A stretch of 64,000 nucleotides of DNA, from positions 201,206-265,205 of the forward strand of contig JBAYJA010000001.1 in NCBI GenBank assembly GCA_041665345.1, in the 5' to 3' direction. The notes beneath the pieces were generated by a model. That model was not told the origin of the DNA. It was given only the letters and a program-made list of their open reading frames with translations, and made no database searches. Origin of the DNA: Patescibacteria group bacterium. GTDB lineage: Bacteria; Patescibacteriota; Patescibacteriia; PEXW01. Below, piece after piece: positions 38,261 to 47,556 of this stretch (the stretch's first letter is position 1; each line of letters opens with the position of its first letter). Made by a program: the position numbers and the translations under genes.

Positions 38261-38542
38261 TTAGACCACGATTTCGTTTTTGCAATTGGAATTGACCCAG
38301 AGTAATTTTCCGTTTCCGTCACGGATACAGCGTAAGTAGCGGTATCCCCAGCAGAAGGTTTTCCTATCAGCAGTAAAATCAATTCCCCCCATATTCTGCT
38401 GCACCTTTCCAGAATGTACACGGGCTACTGACTTATTCAGCTCAACGTTCGCTGGGATATGGCTCGTGGGAGAACCAGGCACGAATTCAATGGAGTATGA
38501 TCCTGTATGGGACCAGAGACCAGTTGGATTTACAAACGTCAC
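38261..38542 (-). CDS. hypothetical small protein (93 aa, GTG start)
   Basis: The GTG lies 4 nt after GGGAGG. Upstream is TTGACA, 18 nt spacer, TAGGCT. Confidence 0.5.
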   Translation of the reverse strand: MTFVNPTGLWSHTGSYSIEFVPGSPTSHIPANVELNKSVARVHSGKVQQNMGGIDFTADRKTFCWGYRYLRCIRDGNGKLLWVNSNCKNEIVV

Positions 38543-38672
38543 ATTTCCTCCCTGTCATTGGGTTAATACTGTTTGTTTGAATGAGCCTAGCAAAGAGTGA
38601 GAAGGTGTGTCAAATTCATGAGTAGAAAAAGAGCAACCCGGGTGAGTTGCTCTTAAGAAATTTTCCGCGAAT

Positions 38673-38858
38673 CTACGAAATCTCGTATATAAGACCGCAC
38701 TTGTCACATTGAGACACTTCGATAGCCCCTTCATGCGTTTGCATCGCCGATTGTTGCGGAGGGTGAACCTTAACCCAATTTCGCTCTTGAATAATAGTGC
38801 CGCCGCATGCAGTTGGCTTGCCATTCTCCATTCGGAGTACAGTGCATTTTTTTTCCAT
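38673..38858 (-). CDS. small zinc-ribbon-like protein (about 61 aa)
   Basis: Cys pairs C..CGG...CDKCG. Upstream is TTGACA, 17 nt spacer, TAAATT. Confidence 0.45.
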   Translation of the reverse strand: MEKKCTVLRMENGKPTACGGTIIQERNWVKVHPPQQSAMQTHEGAIEVSQCDKCGLIYEIS

Positions 38859-38935
38859 ATTTCTCAACCTTTCTTTTGGGTTTCAAAGGAATTTACCAAA
38901 ATGTAATTCTTGTGTCAAGGGTAGAAAAAACCGCT

Positions 38936-39559
38936 TCAGAGGGAAGCGGTTTGCGTTAGAGCATTCTTTGGTTTTTTGATGAAGATCACCAGGGTGGCAA
39001 TGCTATTGAAGAGCACGCCCAGGCCTGGGTAGAGGAGAGCCAGGAATTGGCCATCCCAGCGGAGCAGGACAATGCAGAATGTCAGTGCATGGCAGACGGT
39101 CCAGAGTACCCACGGTAGGGGACGTTCGGTGTGCTTTCCACCCCACACACTACTCACCATCGTGAAGAAGGAAATGGCAATTGCCATTTGGATGAACACA
39201 TTGCCGTACCAGGCATTGCCAGAGAACACCCAGCAGAGAATTGCACCAACCGCAATGCAAATAGCAATTTTATCGCGCTTCGTGACCTGGCGCATTCGGC
39301 CTTTCCACAGACAGTAGCTGAACATCAGCGTGCAGTTAAAGGTGGAGACGACGCTGTTAATGGCCTTCACCCAATCGTGCGTGCCGGTTTGGTAGGTGAG
39401 TAAATTCACCACGGTTACCACAAACCAAATGGCCCAGGCTGCCGGGTTGGGGGTAATCCCACCTCGTCGGTCTTGGTAAAAGTAGAAACCTATTGCAGTA
39501 AGGTTTACCAGAATGAGTACACCACCAAGGAGCAAGCTTAGACTTCGATGTTCTTCCAT
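38936..39559 (-). CDS. polytopic membrane protein (207 aa), paralog B of 37143-37751
   Basis: ITPNPAAWAIWFVVTVVNLLTY matches ATPNPATWMLWVILTTLNCATY in paralog A. Confidence 0.55.
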   Translation of the reverse strand: MEEHRSLSLLLGGVLILVNLTAIGFYFYQDRRGGITPNPAAWAIWFVVTVVNLLTYQTGTHDWVKAINSVVSTFNCTLMFSYCLWKGRMRQVTKRDKIAICIAVGAILCWVFSGNAWYGNVFIQMAIAISFFTMVSSVWGGKHTERPLPWVLWTVCHALTFCIVLLRWDGQFLALLYPGLGVLFNSIATLVIFIKKPKNALTQTASL

Positions 39560-39565
39560 ATAAAC

Positions 39566-40234
39566 CTACTTCCTCCAGAACTTCGCCATGTAGGCAAAAT
39601 CGCATAGCGGGGTAAGGGTGACGTGCATGTGCACTTCCCGAGCCAGCTGTTCGATCATGAGTTTACTATAGGAAAGGGAGAACATACCATCGTCACTCAC
39701 GATTGCTCCTTGCAGCCGGTCATGCCGCGCATTCTTCCAGCCTTCCTCGGTGTACATTTGCACGCGCTTGGCAATTGCCCGGAGCGTGGGTGGATAGAAG
39801 TCAGCGTAGACAACCGGCGCCACACGTTGCATTTCTCGCAGTGCACCAATGTGGTCGTCCAGCGTTCCTAGGGTACCCATATTCATCACCACAGCGTCAA
39901 AGGTATTTTTGGCAAAGGGCAGCTGCATCACATCGCCCTGCAGGAAGTGGACATTTTGCAATCCCCGCTGCAGCAGATATTCTGTCGCCCGCGCAACCAG
40001 GATCGGGTGCAGTTCAATGCCCACTACTTTCTGGTTGTACGCCGAGAGTGTAAACGCGTCATGCCCCAACCCTGCGCCGGCAACCAGTACTCGTTGGCCT
40101 TGAATGTACTTTGCAAAGAATGCATTTTCAGCTTCAAAGAATTGTGCACGAATTTGTGATTTTTTAGGATCGTGCGCTGCTTCTAAGCGGGCAATGGCTA
40201 TCCCACTACTATTCAGGTAATCAAGAGCCATAGC
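39566..40234 (-). CDS. class I SAM-dependent methyltransferase (about 222 aa)
   Basis: Motif I VLVAGAGLGHDAFTL. The true ATG at 40234 lies 5 nt after AAGGAGG. Confidence 0.7.
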   Translation of the reverse strand, partial: AMALDYLNSSGIAIARLEAAHDPKKSQIRAQFFEAENAFFAKYIQGQRVLVAGAGLGHDAFTLSAYNQKVVGIELHPILVARATEYLLQRGLQNVHFLQGDVMQLPFAKNTFDAVVMNMGTLGTLDDHIGALREMQRVAPVVYADFYPPTLRAIAKRVQMYTEEGWKNARHDRLQGAIVSDDGMFSLSYSKLMIEQLAREVHMHVTLTPLCDFAYMAKFWRK

Positions 40235-40359
40235 TCCCTCCTTTATGAAATTGTGAAAGATCGGTAATTGGCTACAGTACAATACCCGCGCAGGTTCGTC
40301 AATAAGAAAAACCGCCACAGGGGTACTGGGCGGTTCATATGATGATGATTTTGGAATCC

Positions 40360-40680
40360 TTACGTTTTCGGTTCAACGTGCATTTTAGTGATTGCGCTTT
40401 TTACTCGCCGCACCCCGAGAAAGAGGCTGAGGGTGTAAATGACGAATGCAGCGTCGCTCGTTAGTATCTCAAACATGGTCTTCGGGGCACTTTCAAAAAG
40501 TCTTTGCATCATGACAAGAACCACCACACTCATGATGGCGGAAATGAAGAATTCCAGAACCATGAGCTGCGCTATCCAAAGTCTTTTCTTTTTCGTCTTC
40601 TGGGCTTGCCTCACAAAGAATACTTTTCCTGTGCTAGAAAAGAGCAAGACGCCGAAGAGGAGGAGAATATTCCAGAACAT
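40360..40680 (-). CDS. small membrane protein (106 aa)
   Basis: Hydrophobic, no recognisable family. Confidence 0.4.
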   Translation of the reverse strand: MFWNILLLFGVLLFSSTGKVFFVRQAQKTKKKRLWIAQLMVLEFFISAIMSVVVLVMMQRLFESAPKTMFEILTSDAAFVIYTLSLFLGVRRVKSAITKMHVEPKT

Positions 40681-40796
40681 TTTTCCTTCCTTTTTTGGAT
40701 TTTTCTGTTCTGTGCAACATACCGCGCTTCTATTTGTACGTCAATAGCGGATTGCAAAAACCGCCTAGGATGTACCCAGGCGGCAAGAGTGATGAT

Positions 40797-41120
40797 TTAG
40801 TTTTTTGTGACCTGATACGTTGGCTCATGGAGAGCAATGATGCCTTTTAGTCCACCCCCTATGAAACCACAGCCGATTAGCAACAGCTGGAAGTTTGTTG
40901 TTGGCGGGACACCATTCGAGAGAAAAATGAGACCCCCGAAGACAAATTCTAAGATGCTAGCCCCGCCAATCGCACATACAATGGGGTATGCAATTTTACA
41001 AATCCAGATGCCGCGCGCATTCCCCGAGCGGTATGCCCGCTGCAGGAGGGGCCGAAAACCAAATCTTGCCCAGAGTAGGCTCAAAAGAAAAATTACACTC
41101 GTAGAAATGAAAAGTACCAT
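40797..41120 (-). CDS. small membrane protein (107 aa)
   Basis: Hydrophobic, 3 predicted TM. Confidence 0.4.
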   Translation of the reverse strand: MVLFISTSVIFLLSLLWARFGFRPLLQRAYRSGNARGIWICKIAYPIVCAIGGASILEFVFGGLIFLSNGVPPTTNFQLLLIGCGFIGGGLKGIIALHEPTYQVTKN

Positions 41121-41144
41121 TTTGCTTCTCCTGGTTTACAATAT

Positions 41145-41714
41145 TTATACCAAGCTCAGGCCAAAGTAGTAGTGGTAGGCGTTATCCTCTAATACTATTG
41201 GATTTCGTGAGATAGTCTCGAAACCTTTGAACCGCGTAAAACTATTCAGCCGTTCAGCAGGCGTTAGAGTGTTTTGGTAGAACCAATATTCTCCTGTTTC
41301 GATTGGCTCAGACGTATCGAGACCGCGGCCACCTTTGAACGTCTTGCTTTGGTATGCGTGCGTCAGGACTCGTTTCAGGAATGGGATTACCTCCGGTGGG
41401 TACACACCACCGTAGGCCATCATCCATACTGGAATGTCGTCTTGGAGAATAGTCGTACTCCCCGCACTTTTCCTAGTCCCAGGATTTGCAATAAAAATAT
41501 CGCGGAGGTACAGTCCGTTCTTTTTGTACTCGTACCCTTTGTACCCCGGCATGCCTGCCACGGGTTGTGCCTGCGTGTTGGGATTGACCCAACCCTGGAG
41601 CATGGCCTCAAAGAAGAAGGCCTCAATTTCCTTCATGTCAACGATCATAGAACACCTCACATTTTTGTAGTTTTTTCGTTCCCACAAGTTTATACCACTC
41701 AGAGTGTGTGTCAA
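41145..41714 (-). CDS. hypothetical protein (up to 189 aa)
   Basis: A long ORF with coding-like composition. The start is uncertain, and an internal Met at about 41648 is plausible. Confidence 0.4.
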   Translation of the reverse strand: MTHTLSGINLWERKNYKNVRCSMIVDMKEIEAFFFEAMLQGWVNPNTQAQPVAGMPGYKGYEYKKNGLYLRDIFIANPGTRKSAGSTTILQDDIPVWMMAYGGVYPPEVIPFLKRVLTHAYQSKTFKGGRGLDTSEPIETGEYWFYQNTLTPAERLNSFTRFKGFETISRNPIVLEDNAYHYYFGLSLV

Positions 41715-41761
41715 ATGAGAAAAGCCACGTCCGGGGGCGTGGCTTTTGTAGGGTACAAGTT

Positions 41762-42253
41762 TTAGTCGTCTGACCCGCAGTCGGAGGAATCCGAGCTATC
41801 TGATGCGTCATCTGAATCGTTGTTGTCAGTAGAGTCTGATTGCTCTACTGAGTCGCCACGTTCCCGATCAACCTCGTCGTGTTGATTCACGGGTTGATCA
41901 TCTTGATCCAGTGCTCCAGCGATAGCTCCTAATGTTGTGTCTCCGGTGAGACCGGTGGCCATAGCGGCGGTCAGGCCGTCACCCCCAGCAGCCTCGGCAA
42001 TGATGGCCGCGGCAAGTGGGTCACTGTTGGGACTTCGGCTATCATTGTGGATGGGGCTGTATGGCTCAGGATCGCGATGCTTCGTAGGTGTTGCCATTCT
42101 GTTGGCAAACTTTCCGCTACTCGCTCCAGGGCGAATTGCATGCGCTGGCCAGTTGATACGACCCGTGCCGTGGCAGCTCGGGCAATCTTTTTCCTGTCGC
42201 CACAGAAAGCCACAGCGTTTGTAGCCTTTCCCATTACAATTTTGACATTCCAT
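41762..42253 (-). CDS. DnaJ-type CxxCxGxG zinc-finger protein with a highly acidic Asp/Ser-rich C-terminal tail
   Basis: CQNCNGKGYKRCG...CPSCHGTG, then ...DSDDASDSSDSSDCGSDD. Confidence 0.45.
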   Translation of the reverse strand: MECQNCNGKGYKRCGFLWRQEKDCPSCHGTGRINWPAHAIRPGASSGKFANRMATPTKHRDPEPYSPIHNDSRSPNSDPLAAAIIAEAAGGDGLTAAMATGLTGDTTLGAIAGALDQDDQPVNQHDEVDRERGDSVEQSDSTDNNDSDDASDSSDSSDCGSDD

Positions 42254-42371
42254 TGGTCTCTCCTCTTTATTCGTGTGCCTTGATTTTTGTTAACAAAAGA
42301 GTGTATCTGAAAATGGAAAAAAAGTCAAGCCCAGCACGAAAAACCCCCGCACAGTGCAGGGGGTTGCTGGC

Positions 42372-42647
42372 TTATAAAACACCTCTCGTCTTTCTACTCA
42401 GCCAGTCAAAAGTACGGCACATTCTGCGCCCACCGCCTATGCTCACCCCCAGAACCAGTAGGCTTGCGATGATCAGGAATATGCTTCCCGCAAGATCTCC
42501 GGTGGTTTCGGCTCGGGGGACGTAGAATATACAGCCGGTGATTATGCCAAGGCTGCCAATGAACACGAAGAAGCCATTGATGAGCCGTGCAAATGATCGG
42601 AATTCTGGTTCGGTATCAAACCTTTGAACGAGCAATGCGGGTGCCAT
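42372..42647 (-). CDS. small membrane protein (91 aa)
   Basis: Two hydrophobic helices. Confidence 0.35.
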   Translation of the reverse strand: MAPALLVQRFDTEPEFRSFARLINGFFVFIGSLGIITGCIFYVPRAETTGDLAGSIFLIIASLLVLGVSIGGGRRMCRTFDWLSRKTRGVL

Positions 42648-42782
42648 TTTTCCTCCTCTAGTGAAAGTATTTTCTCCATTCTACGTCCTTTGGTAGGCAT
42701 GTCAACTTGGGCATTGGTCTGTTGACGGTTCCACAGCGTAGCGCTAGGCTTTGAGCAAATTGCTTTTTTCCAAGGAGGAGAC

Positions 42783-43286
42783 ATGTTTGGTAGGTGGTTG
42801 AGATCCAAAAAAGGGATGCGGGTTGTTGCCGCGGCAGGTGCAGTACCTCAGCCCGAGAAGCTCCCAACGGCGCACGATGAGGTAAAAATCGTGCAACAAT
42901 CAGAGATGCTACGGATTTATAGTTGTGGGCATCGTGGCAGCAAGGAATACGCTCTGGATATTTACGGTCAGGTAAGTCAGCGCATTACCGACACTTCGGA
43001 TTGTCCGATGTGCCGAGTAGCGAGAATAAAAAAACACACAATCAGATGCGCTGCTTGCGGGCTGCCTATTTTTCCGGGTGAGGGTGTGGCGCTCTACGCT
43101 TTTGACGGTGAACTTTTTGACCGAAACAAATGCACTTTTGTGAAGGAGAGTGTGCTTGGGTGCATGCGTTGGGACTGCTGCCCATCTGGTGCATTCTTCG
43201 CGGGCAATTGGTCGGAACAAGGTTTTGTACCGCGCTTTGCGGGGAACAACACCATGGGCGAGCAGTGTGTGCAAGACAATGAGTAG
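42783..43286 (+). CDS. Cys-rich hypothetical protein (167 aa)
   Basis: An AAGGAGG ribosome-binding site. It shares its promoter and leader module with the next gene. Confidence 0.45.
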   Translation: MFGRWLRSKKGMRVVAAAGAVPQPEKLPTAHDEVKIVQQSEMLRIYSCGHRGSKEYALDIYGQVSQRITDTSDCPMCRVARIKKHTIRCAACGLPIFPGEGVALYAFDGELFDRNKCTFVKESVLGCMRWDCCPSGAFFAGNWSEQGFVPRFAGNNTMGEQCVQDNE

Positions 43287-43401
43287 CACCTTTCTACAAG
43301 ACAGGCACGGAAGTCCGGCCTGTCTTTTTCTATTATATTGACGCCAGAAATGAAGCGCGCTAGGCTTTGAGCAAATTGTTTTTTCAAAGGAGAGTTTATC
43401 T

Positions 43402-43956
43402 ATGCGCACATTCTTTGCCGTGCTCATTGCTACTTGGTTTGGCTCAGGATTCATTCCTCGGATTCCCAAGGTTACCACCCGCGGTTTTGCGGGGACGTGG
43501 GGTTCGCTGGCAGCACTGCCACTGTGCATTTGTACACTTTGGCTATGTCATCAACTTCCACTTCTCGACGGTTGGATGCTGTACGCCAGCATAGTAGGAA
43601 GTGTCATGCTCCTCGGTGCCTGGTCCCTGGAACCCGCCATGGCCTGGCTCAGCGGCTGGCTGGTGCGGCATCGGCAGCGTGACCGGAAAATGTTCCACGA
43701 CCAGTACGAAGTGGTCATTGATGAGGTCTTTGGGATGCTCATTAGCTGCGCCCCGTTGTACTTCCTCCCGGACGTGCCACTGTGGCTGGGTCTTGGATTG
43801 AGCTTCCTCTGCTTCCGGATTTTTGACGGCACCAAGCCCTGGCCAGTGCGGTACTTTGACCAGCAGAAATCACCCCTGAGCATCATTTGGGATGATGGGG
43901 TTGCTGGACTTATGGCGGCAGCAGTCGTCACCATAATTTTACAAGTTTTTTTCTAA
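43402..43956 (+). CDS. pgpA: phosphatidylglycerophosphatase A
   Basis: PgpA family motifs WFGSGF...GTWGSLAALP...VIDEVFGM. Confidence 0.75.
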   Translation: MRTFFAVLIATWFGSGFIPRIPKVTTRGFAGTWGSLAALPLCICTLWLCHQLPLLDGWMLYASIVGSVMLLGAWSLEPAMAWLSGWLVRHRQRDRKMFHDQYEVVIDEVFGMLISCAPLYFLPDVPLWLGLGLSFLCFRIFDGTKPWPVRYFDQQKSPLSIIWDDGVAGLMAAAVVTIILQVFF

Positions 43957-44037
43957 GCACAACTTACAGGCTGGGGAACCAGCCTGTTTTCATAACCATG
44001 AGAAAAAAGACCTTCAGCGTGGGCTGAAGGTCAGAGA

Positions 44038-44265
44038 CTAGTGGACACCCTCCGGGTGCTTACGGATGTACTGGATAAGGAAGAACAGGCCAATGCCAGC
44101 ACAGCCACCAAGCAGTGGACCAAGCCAGTTCCAGTAGGTACCAAGGCCAGGCTCCAGAAATGTGAGAATGCCGACCGTCATCCAGCCAATGAGGATCCCG
44201 ATGGCAGAGAAAATAACGGCTAGCACAAGGAGCGTCAAAAGGTTCTTGGATGACGCTGGTTGCAT
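44038..44265 (-). CDS. small membrane protein (75 aa)
   Basis: A GGAGG sits 6 nt before the ATG. Two TM helices. Confidence 0.45.
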   Translation of the reverse strand: MQPASSKNLLTLLVLAVIFSAIGILIGWMTVGILTFLEPGLGTYWNWLGPLLGGCAGIGLFFLIQYIRKHPEGVH

Positions 44266-44599
44266 GGCCAGCCTCCTTTCAAAGAGAAAAGCGATGTTGG
44301 TACTTCTACCCTAGGCGTGTGTTGGCAACCTGTCAAAGTGGGGTACCAAAAACCCTTCGCTTTCGCGAAGGGCTGTATAGGCTTAGGCAGCTGCTGTCTC
44401 CACTGTTGGCTCTTTGTCCAGCTCCACGTGGAGTTGGGTCAGGGCGTCCAGGACCTCGTGGTACCCCAGCTGGGGGTGGAGCTCGCTGCGGAGTGCTTCA
44501 ATGCGTTGGATATCCATAGAAAAGTAGCGGTAAAAGTGAACCGGATATCGTAGCACGGGGTGGGTTTCTTGTCAATCCTGGGTAAGAAAAAGTCCCTTC

Positions 44600-45019
44600 C
44601 TAAGAAGGGACTTGGGTTGGACACGCAAGAAGATCGAAAACGTCCTGGCAAAGGGAGAGTTTGCAAATTTTCATGTACAGGATTTCCAGCGCACCCCGAC
44701 GATGCGTAAAAAGCTCTACCATTGCATACGCAATCTGATCCGCATCTTCTACCTCCACGAGAAAGGTATGGAAGAAGAATTGTTCAATGTCGCGGTCAAG
44801 AATGGCCGCACACTTCAGCATTTCCGCAAAGACCACTTGGACCGGAATGAATTGCGCCGCGGTGTGCACGAGAACTAGCTGTTCATTCCGTGGGATATCC
44901 TTCTGCAAAAATTGTTTCAAGATCGCTTTTACATTTTCTAGTAAAATTGTCTCATCTGGGGAGCGTGCTTTTTGGATTGCTTGGACGAATTCTGTTACAT
45001 GTTCGTTGTGGTGTGCCAT
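44600..45019 (-). CDS. hypothetical protein (139 aa)
   Basis: A GGAGG sits 4 nt before the ATG. It is divergent from the adenosyltransferase gene. Confidence 0.45.
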   Translation of the reverse strand: MAHHNEHVTEFVQAIQKARSPDETILLENVKAILKQFLQKDIPRNEQLVLVHTAAQFIPVQVVFAEMLKCAAILDRDIEQFFFHTFLVEVEDADQIAYAMVELFTHRRGALEILYMKICKLSLCQDVFDLLACPTQVPS

Positions 45020-45082
45020 GACGCCTCCTTCATGTTTCGTGCATTTTTTCTTCTGGTCTTTTGTGCTACCTTAGCCGTACCT

Positions 45083-45673
45083 ATGCCAGCTGTCAAACGA
45101 AAAAAAGCACCGAAGACTGTTCCCAAACTCCAGCCTTTTCCCGGGGGTTTGACCATTTGTTACGTAGGCAACGGAAAGGGGAAAACGACGGCTGCGGTAG
45201 GAGTGGCCGTGCGCGCGGCCGGGGACGGGAAACGTGTCCTCTTCTTTCAATTTTTCAAAAGTCCAGAGTGGCCATCTGGGGAACGGGAGAGTTTGCGGAA
45301 GCTGGGCATCCAGGTGGAAGTACATGGCAAGGGGTTTGTGGGCATTTGGGGGGACAAGAAACCCAAGGCGGAGCACCAAGCTGCAGCACGCGCGGCGTTG
45401 GGGAAAGCCAAGCGCCTACTCATTGCAAAGAAGTTTGATGTCATTATTTTGGATGAACTCATTTCCTGCGTGGAGGAAGGGTTGCTGAGCGTGAAGGATG
45501 TTGTTGCACTCATCCAAGCGAAACGTGATAAAGCAAAAAATCTCCACCTCGTGCTCACCGGGCACACCAAATATTCAGCGATTCTCAAAGTCTGTGATGT
45601 GGTGTCGGAAATGCAAATGGTGAAGCATCCGTTCTACCAAGGTTTCTTGGCGGTGAAGGGGATTGATTATTGA
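45083..45673 (+). CDS. corrinoid adenosyltransferase (CobA/CobO/BtuR family)
   Basis: P-loop ICYVGNGKGKTTAAVG and full-length similarity to the CobA_CobO_BtuR family. The real start is the internal Met, since the track ORF is over-extended. Confidence 0.7.
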   Translation: MPAVKRKKAPKTVPKLQPFPGGLTICYVGNGKGKTTAAVGVAVRAAGDGKRVLFFQFFKSPEWPSGERESLRKLGIQVEVHGKGFVGIWGDKKPKAEHQAAARAALGKAKRLLIAKKFDVIILDELISCVEEGLLSVKDVVALIQAKRDKAKNLHLVLTGHTKYSAILKVCDVVSEMQMVKHPFYQGFLAVKGIDY

Positions 45674-46087
45674 AGGGGAATAAGCGAGTTAGCAAATTGG
45701 CGAGCTTGCGAGTTGAGATGAGGGTAGAGCCGCCCGCCCCGACATCCCGTTGTGGGATCGTCGGGGTAGAGATCTTGGAGGTATAGTCCTTGAACTAAAG
45801 ATACAAGAACGGTCTACGCTTCTGATTAGCAGGGTAGGGTGGGGCTTTTATGCCCCGTCCACACAAGTTTGTTACATGGCTATTTCGAAGGCCGAGGCAT
45901 GAAAGCCTCGGCTACCCACCACAGGGTAGCCGCGAGCCCTCGCTCGCGGCTGAGGGGCAGAACAACTTCCAACTAAGGCCAAAGCGAGGGCTTTGGCCTA
46001 CCCGCGTTTGAAAAAACTAAGGTTTTGTTTTCTATTTACTCTGCCGTAGTCTTTGCTAGACTAAAGGCAACAACACAAGGAGGAAAA

Positions 46088-46195
46088 ATGCAAATTGTAG
46101 CTTGGATTGTGGTAGCCTGCGTGGCAGCAATTATTGTCACTTATGCTGGAGAGGGAGTCTGGCCCTGGCAGATACCAAGAAAGAAAAGGTAGCGT
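46088..46195 (+). CDS. 35-aa hydrophobic peptide (MQIVAWIVVACVAAIIVTYAGEGVWPWQIPRKKR)
   Basis: AAGGAGG sits 5 nt before the ATG. A terminator ggtagcgtaagctacc + TTTTTT follows immediately. Too short for the ORF track. Confidence 0.35.
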
Positions 46196-46263
46196 AAGCT
46201 ACCTTTTTTGTATGTGAAAGAGACCAGCAGGGTTGCTGGTCTCTAAAAAAGAATGGTTAGGCA

Positions 46264-46815
46264 TTAATTTTTGCTTTTCAGAATCGAGTCCGCTTCAGCA
46301 AGGACCGGACTGCTGGGAGTGCGTTCTTGGTCTTCAATTTTGGCAATGAAGGCTTGCGCAATGCCATACAGCAGGAGGAGCGAAAAATCATCGAGGTTGA
46401 GGTCTTGTTGCAAAGCGGCAAGTGCACCCCACCAATCTTTGCACGTAGAACGAATTTTTGAACGGACGGTATTCGGATCCCATCGACCCTTCGATCCTTT
46501 TCTAAATACTGACTTGATATCCGCACGGGTAACGAGTACCGAGTAATGTGCATATTCTTGCTGAAGTGGCCTGAGGAGCAGGACGAGAAACGCGGTTTGC
46601 GCTAGCACTTTACGTTTTTCCTCCTCTGACATATCCCTTGCCTTTTTTGGAGTAGCGGCCGGTGTTTTCCCCCTCACGTTATCCACCAGCAAGCAGGCGA
46701 TGGTGTCAAAAGTCTCCTGCTGCATAATGCCAAACAAGAAGCTGTCCAGCTTGATGGTTGGATTTTTCAAAAATTGTACTGTTTCTTCAACTGATTCCTT
46801 GGAAACCTGTAACAT
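46264..46815 (-). CDS. hypothetical protein (183 aa), paralog 1
   Basis: Paralogous to 46926-47537. It is followed by the hairpin agagaccagcagggttgctggtctct. Confidence 0.5.
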   Translation of the reverse strand: MLQVSKESVEETVQFLKNPTIKLDSFLFGIMQQETFDTIACLLVDNVRGKTPAATPKKARDMSEEEKRKVLAQTAFLVLLLRPLQQEYAHYSVLVTRADIKSVFRKGSKGRWDPNTVRSKIRSTCKDWWGALAALQQDLNLDDFSLLLLYGIAQAFIAKIEDQERTPSSPVLAEADSILKSKN

Positions 46816-46925
46816 TTTTCCTCACTTTTTTGGTGCTGTGTTTATCAAGAGAAAGTAGGTCAGGGTTAGGCTTTTGTCAAGTGAATATGAAAAGAGACCA
46901 GCGGGGTTGCTGGTCTCCAATGAAC

Positions 46926-47537
46926 TTATACGGCTTGAGGCCCAAGGATGTCCCGTAGCTGCCGCTCAATAGAAGATTCATTCTCGCGTGTTTCGTCTTC
47001 TACTTTTTCTGCAATTTTGGATATGAAGGCCTGGGCGACTATGAATACAGAGAATTGTGATTCTTCATGAAGTACGCTCGCACACTGTTGAATGGTTACG
47101 TACCATTCTATATTAGCCTCCAGAATCTCCTGCAGCAGCACTGTAGGCTCCCACTCGCCTGCAATCCCACGATCGAAAACGGTGTTAATATCCTGCCGGG
47201 AAATTACCGGTAAACGTCCATTCCTTTGGACTTTGATAGGCAGGAGAATTAAGGCGAGCAATCTTGCCTGACCTGAAATTTCTTCGTGCTTTTCGCTCAA
47301 GCTATTCCCAGGAATATGGTCCATGTTCCCGCCACGGGTGAGAAGGTTTGCAACAGTACCATAGGCATCCTCAGTCGTGAGATTTTGCAGAAAACTTAGT
47401 AAGTTCGCGGATATACACGACGAAACGCCTTTTACAAATGCCTCATTGCTAATAGGGACCATTATTTGCTCCTTGAATTTGTAAATTATTTGTGTTAATT
47501 GACAGGAAAAAATAGCAAATTTTGTCATCTCTGTCAA
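46926..47537 (-). CDS. hypothetical protein (203 aa), paralog 2
   Basis: Shared segments include ...VFDRGIAGEWEPTVL... against ...VFRKGSKGRWDPNTV... and IVAQAFISKIAEKVED against GIAQAFIAKIEDQERT. It is followed by a near-identical hairpin at 46893-46918. Confidence 0.5.
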   Translation of the reverse strand: MTEMTKFAIFSCQLTQIIYKFKEQIMVPISNEAFVKGVSSCISANLLSFLQNLTTEDAYGTVANLLTRGGNMDHIPGNSLSEKHEEISGQARLLALILLPIKVQRNGRLPVISRQDINTVFDRGIAGEWEPTVLLQEILEANIEWYVTIQQCASVLHEESQFSVFIVAQAFISKIAEKVEDETRENESSIERQLRDILGPQAV

Positions 47538-47556
47538 GCCGTGCTACACTCCTAAG

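Noticed and set aside
44383-44520. 45-aa minus-strand ORF (MDIQRIEALRSELHPQLGYHEVLDALTQLHVELDKEPTVETAAA)
   Set aside because: It has no Shine-Dalgarno and sits between two terminator-like hairpins. It may be real but is unsupported.
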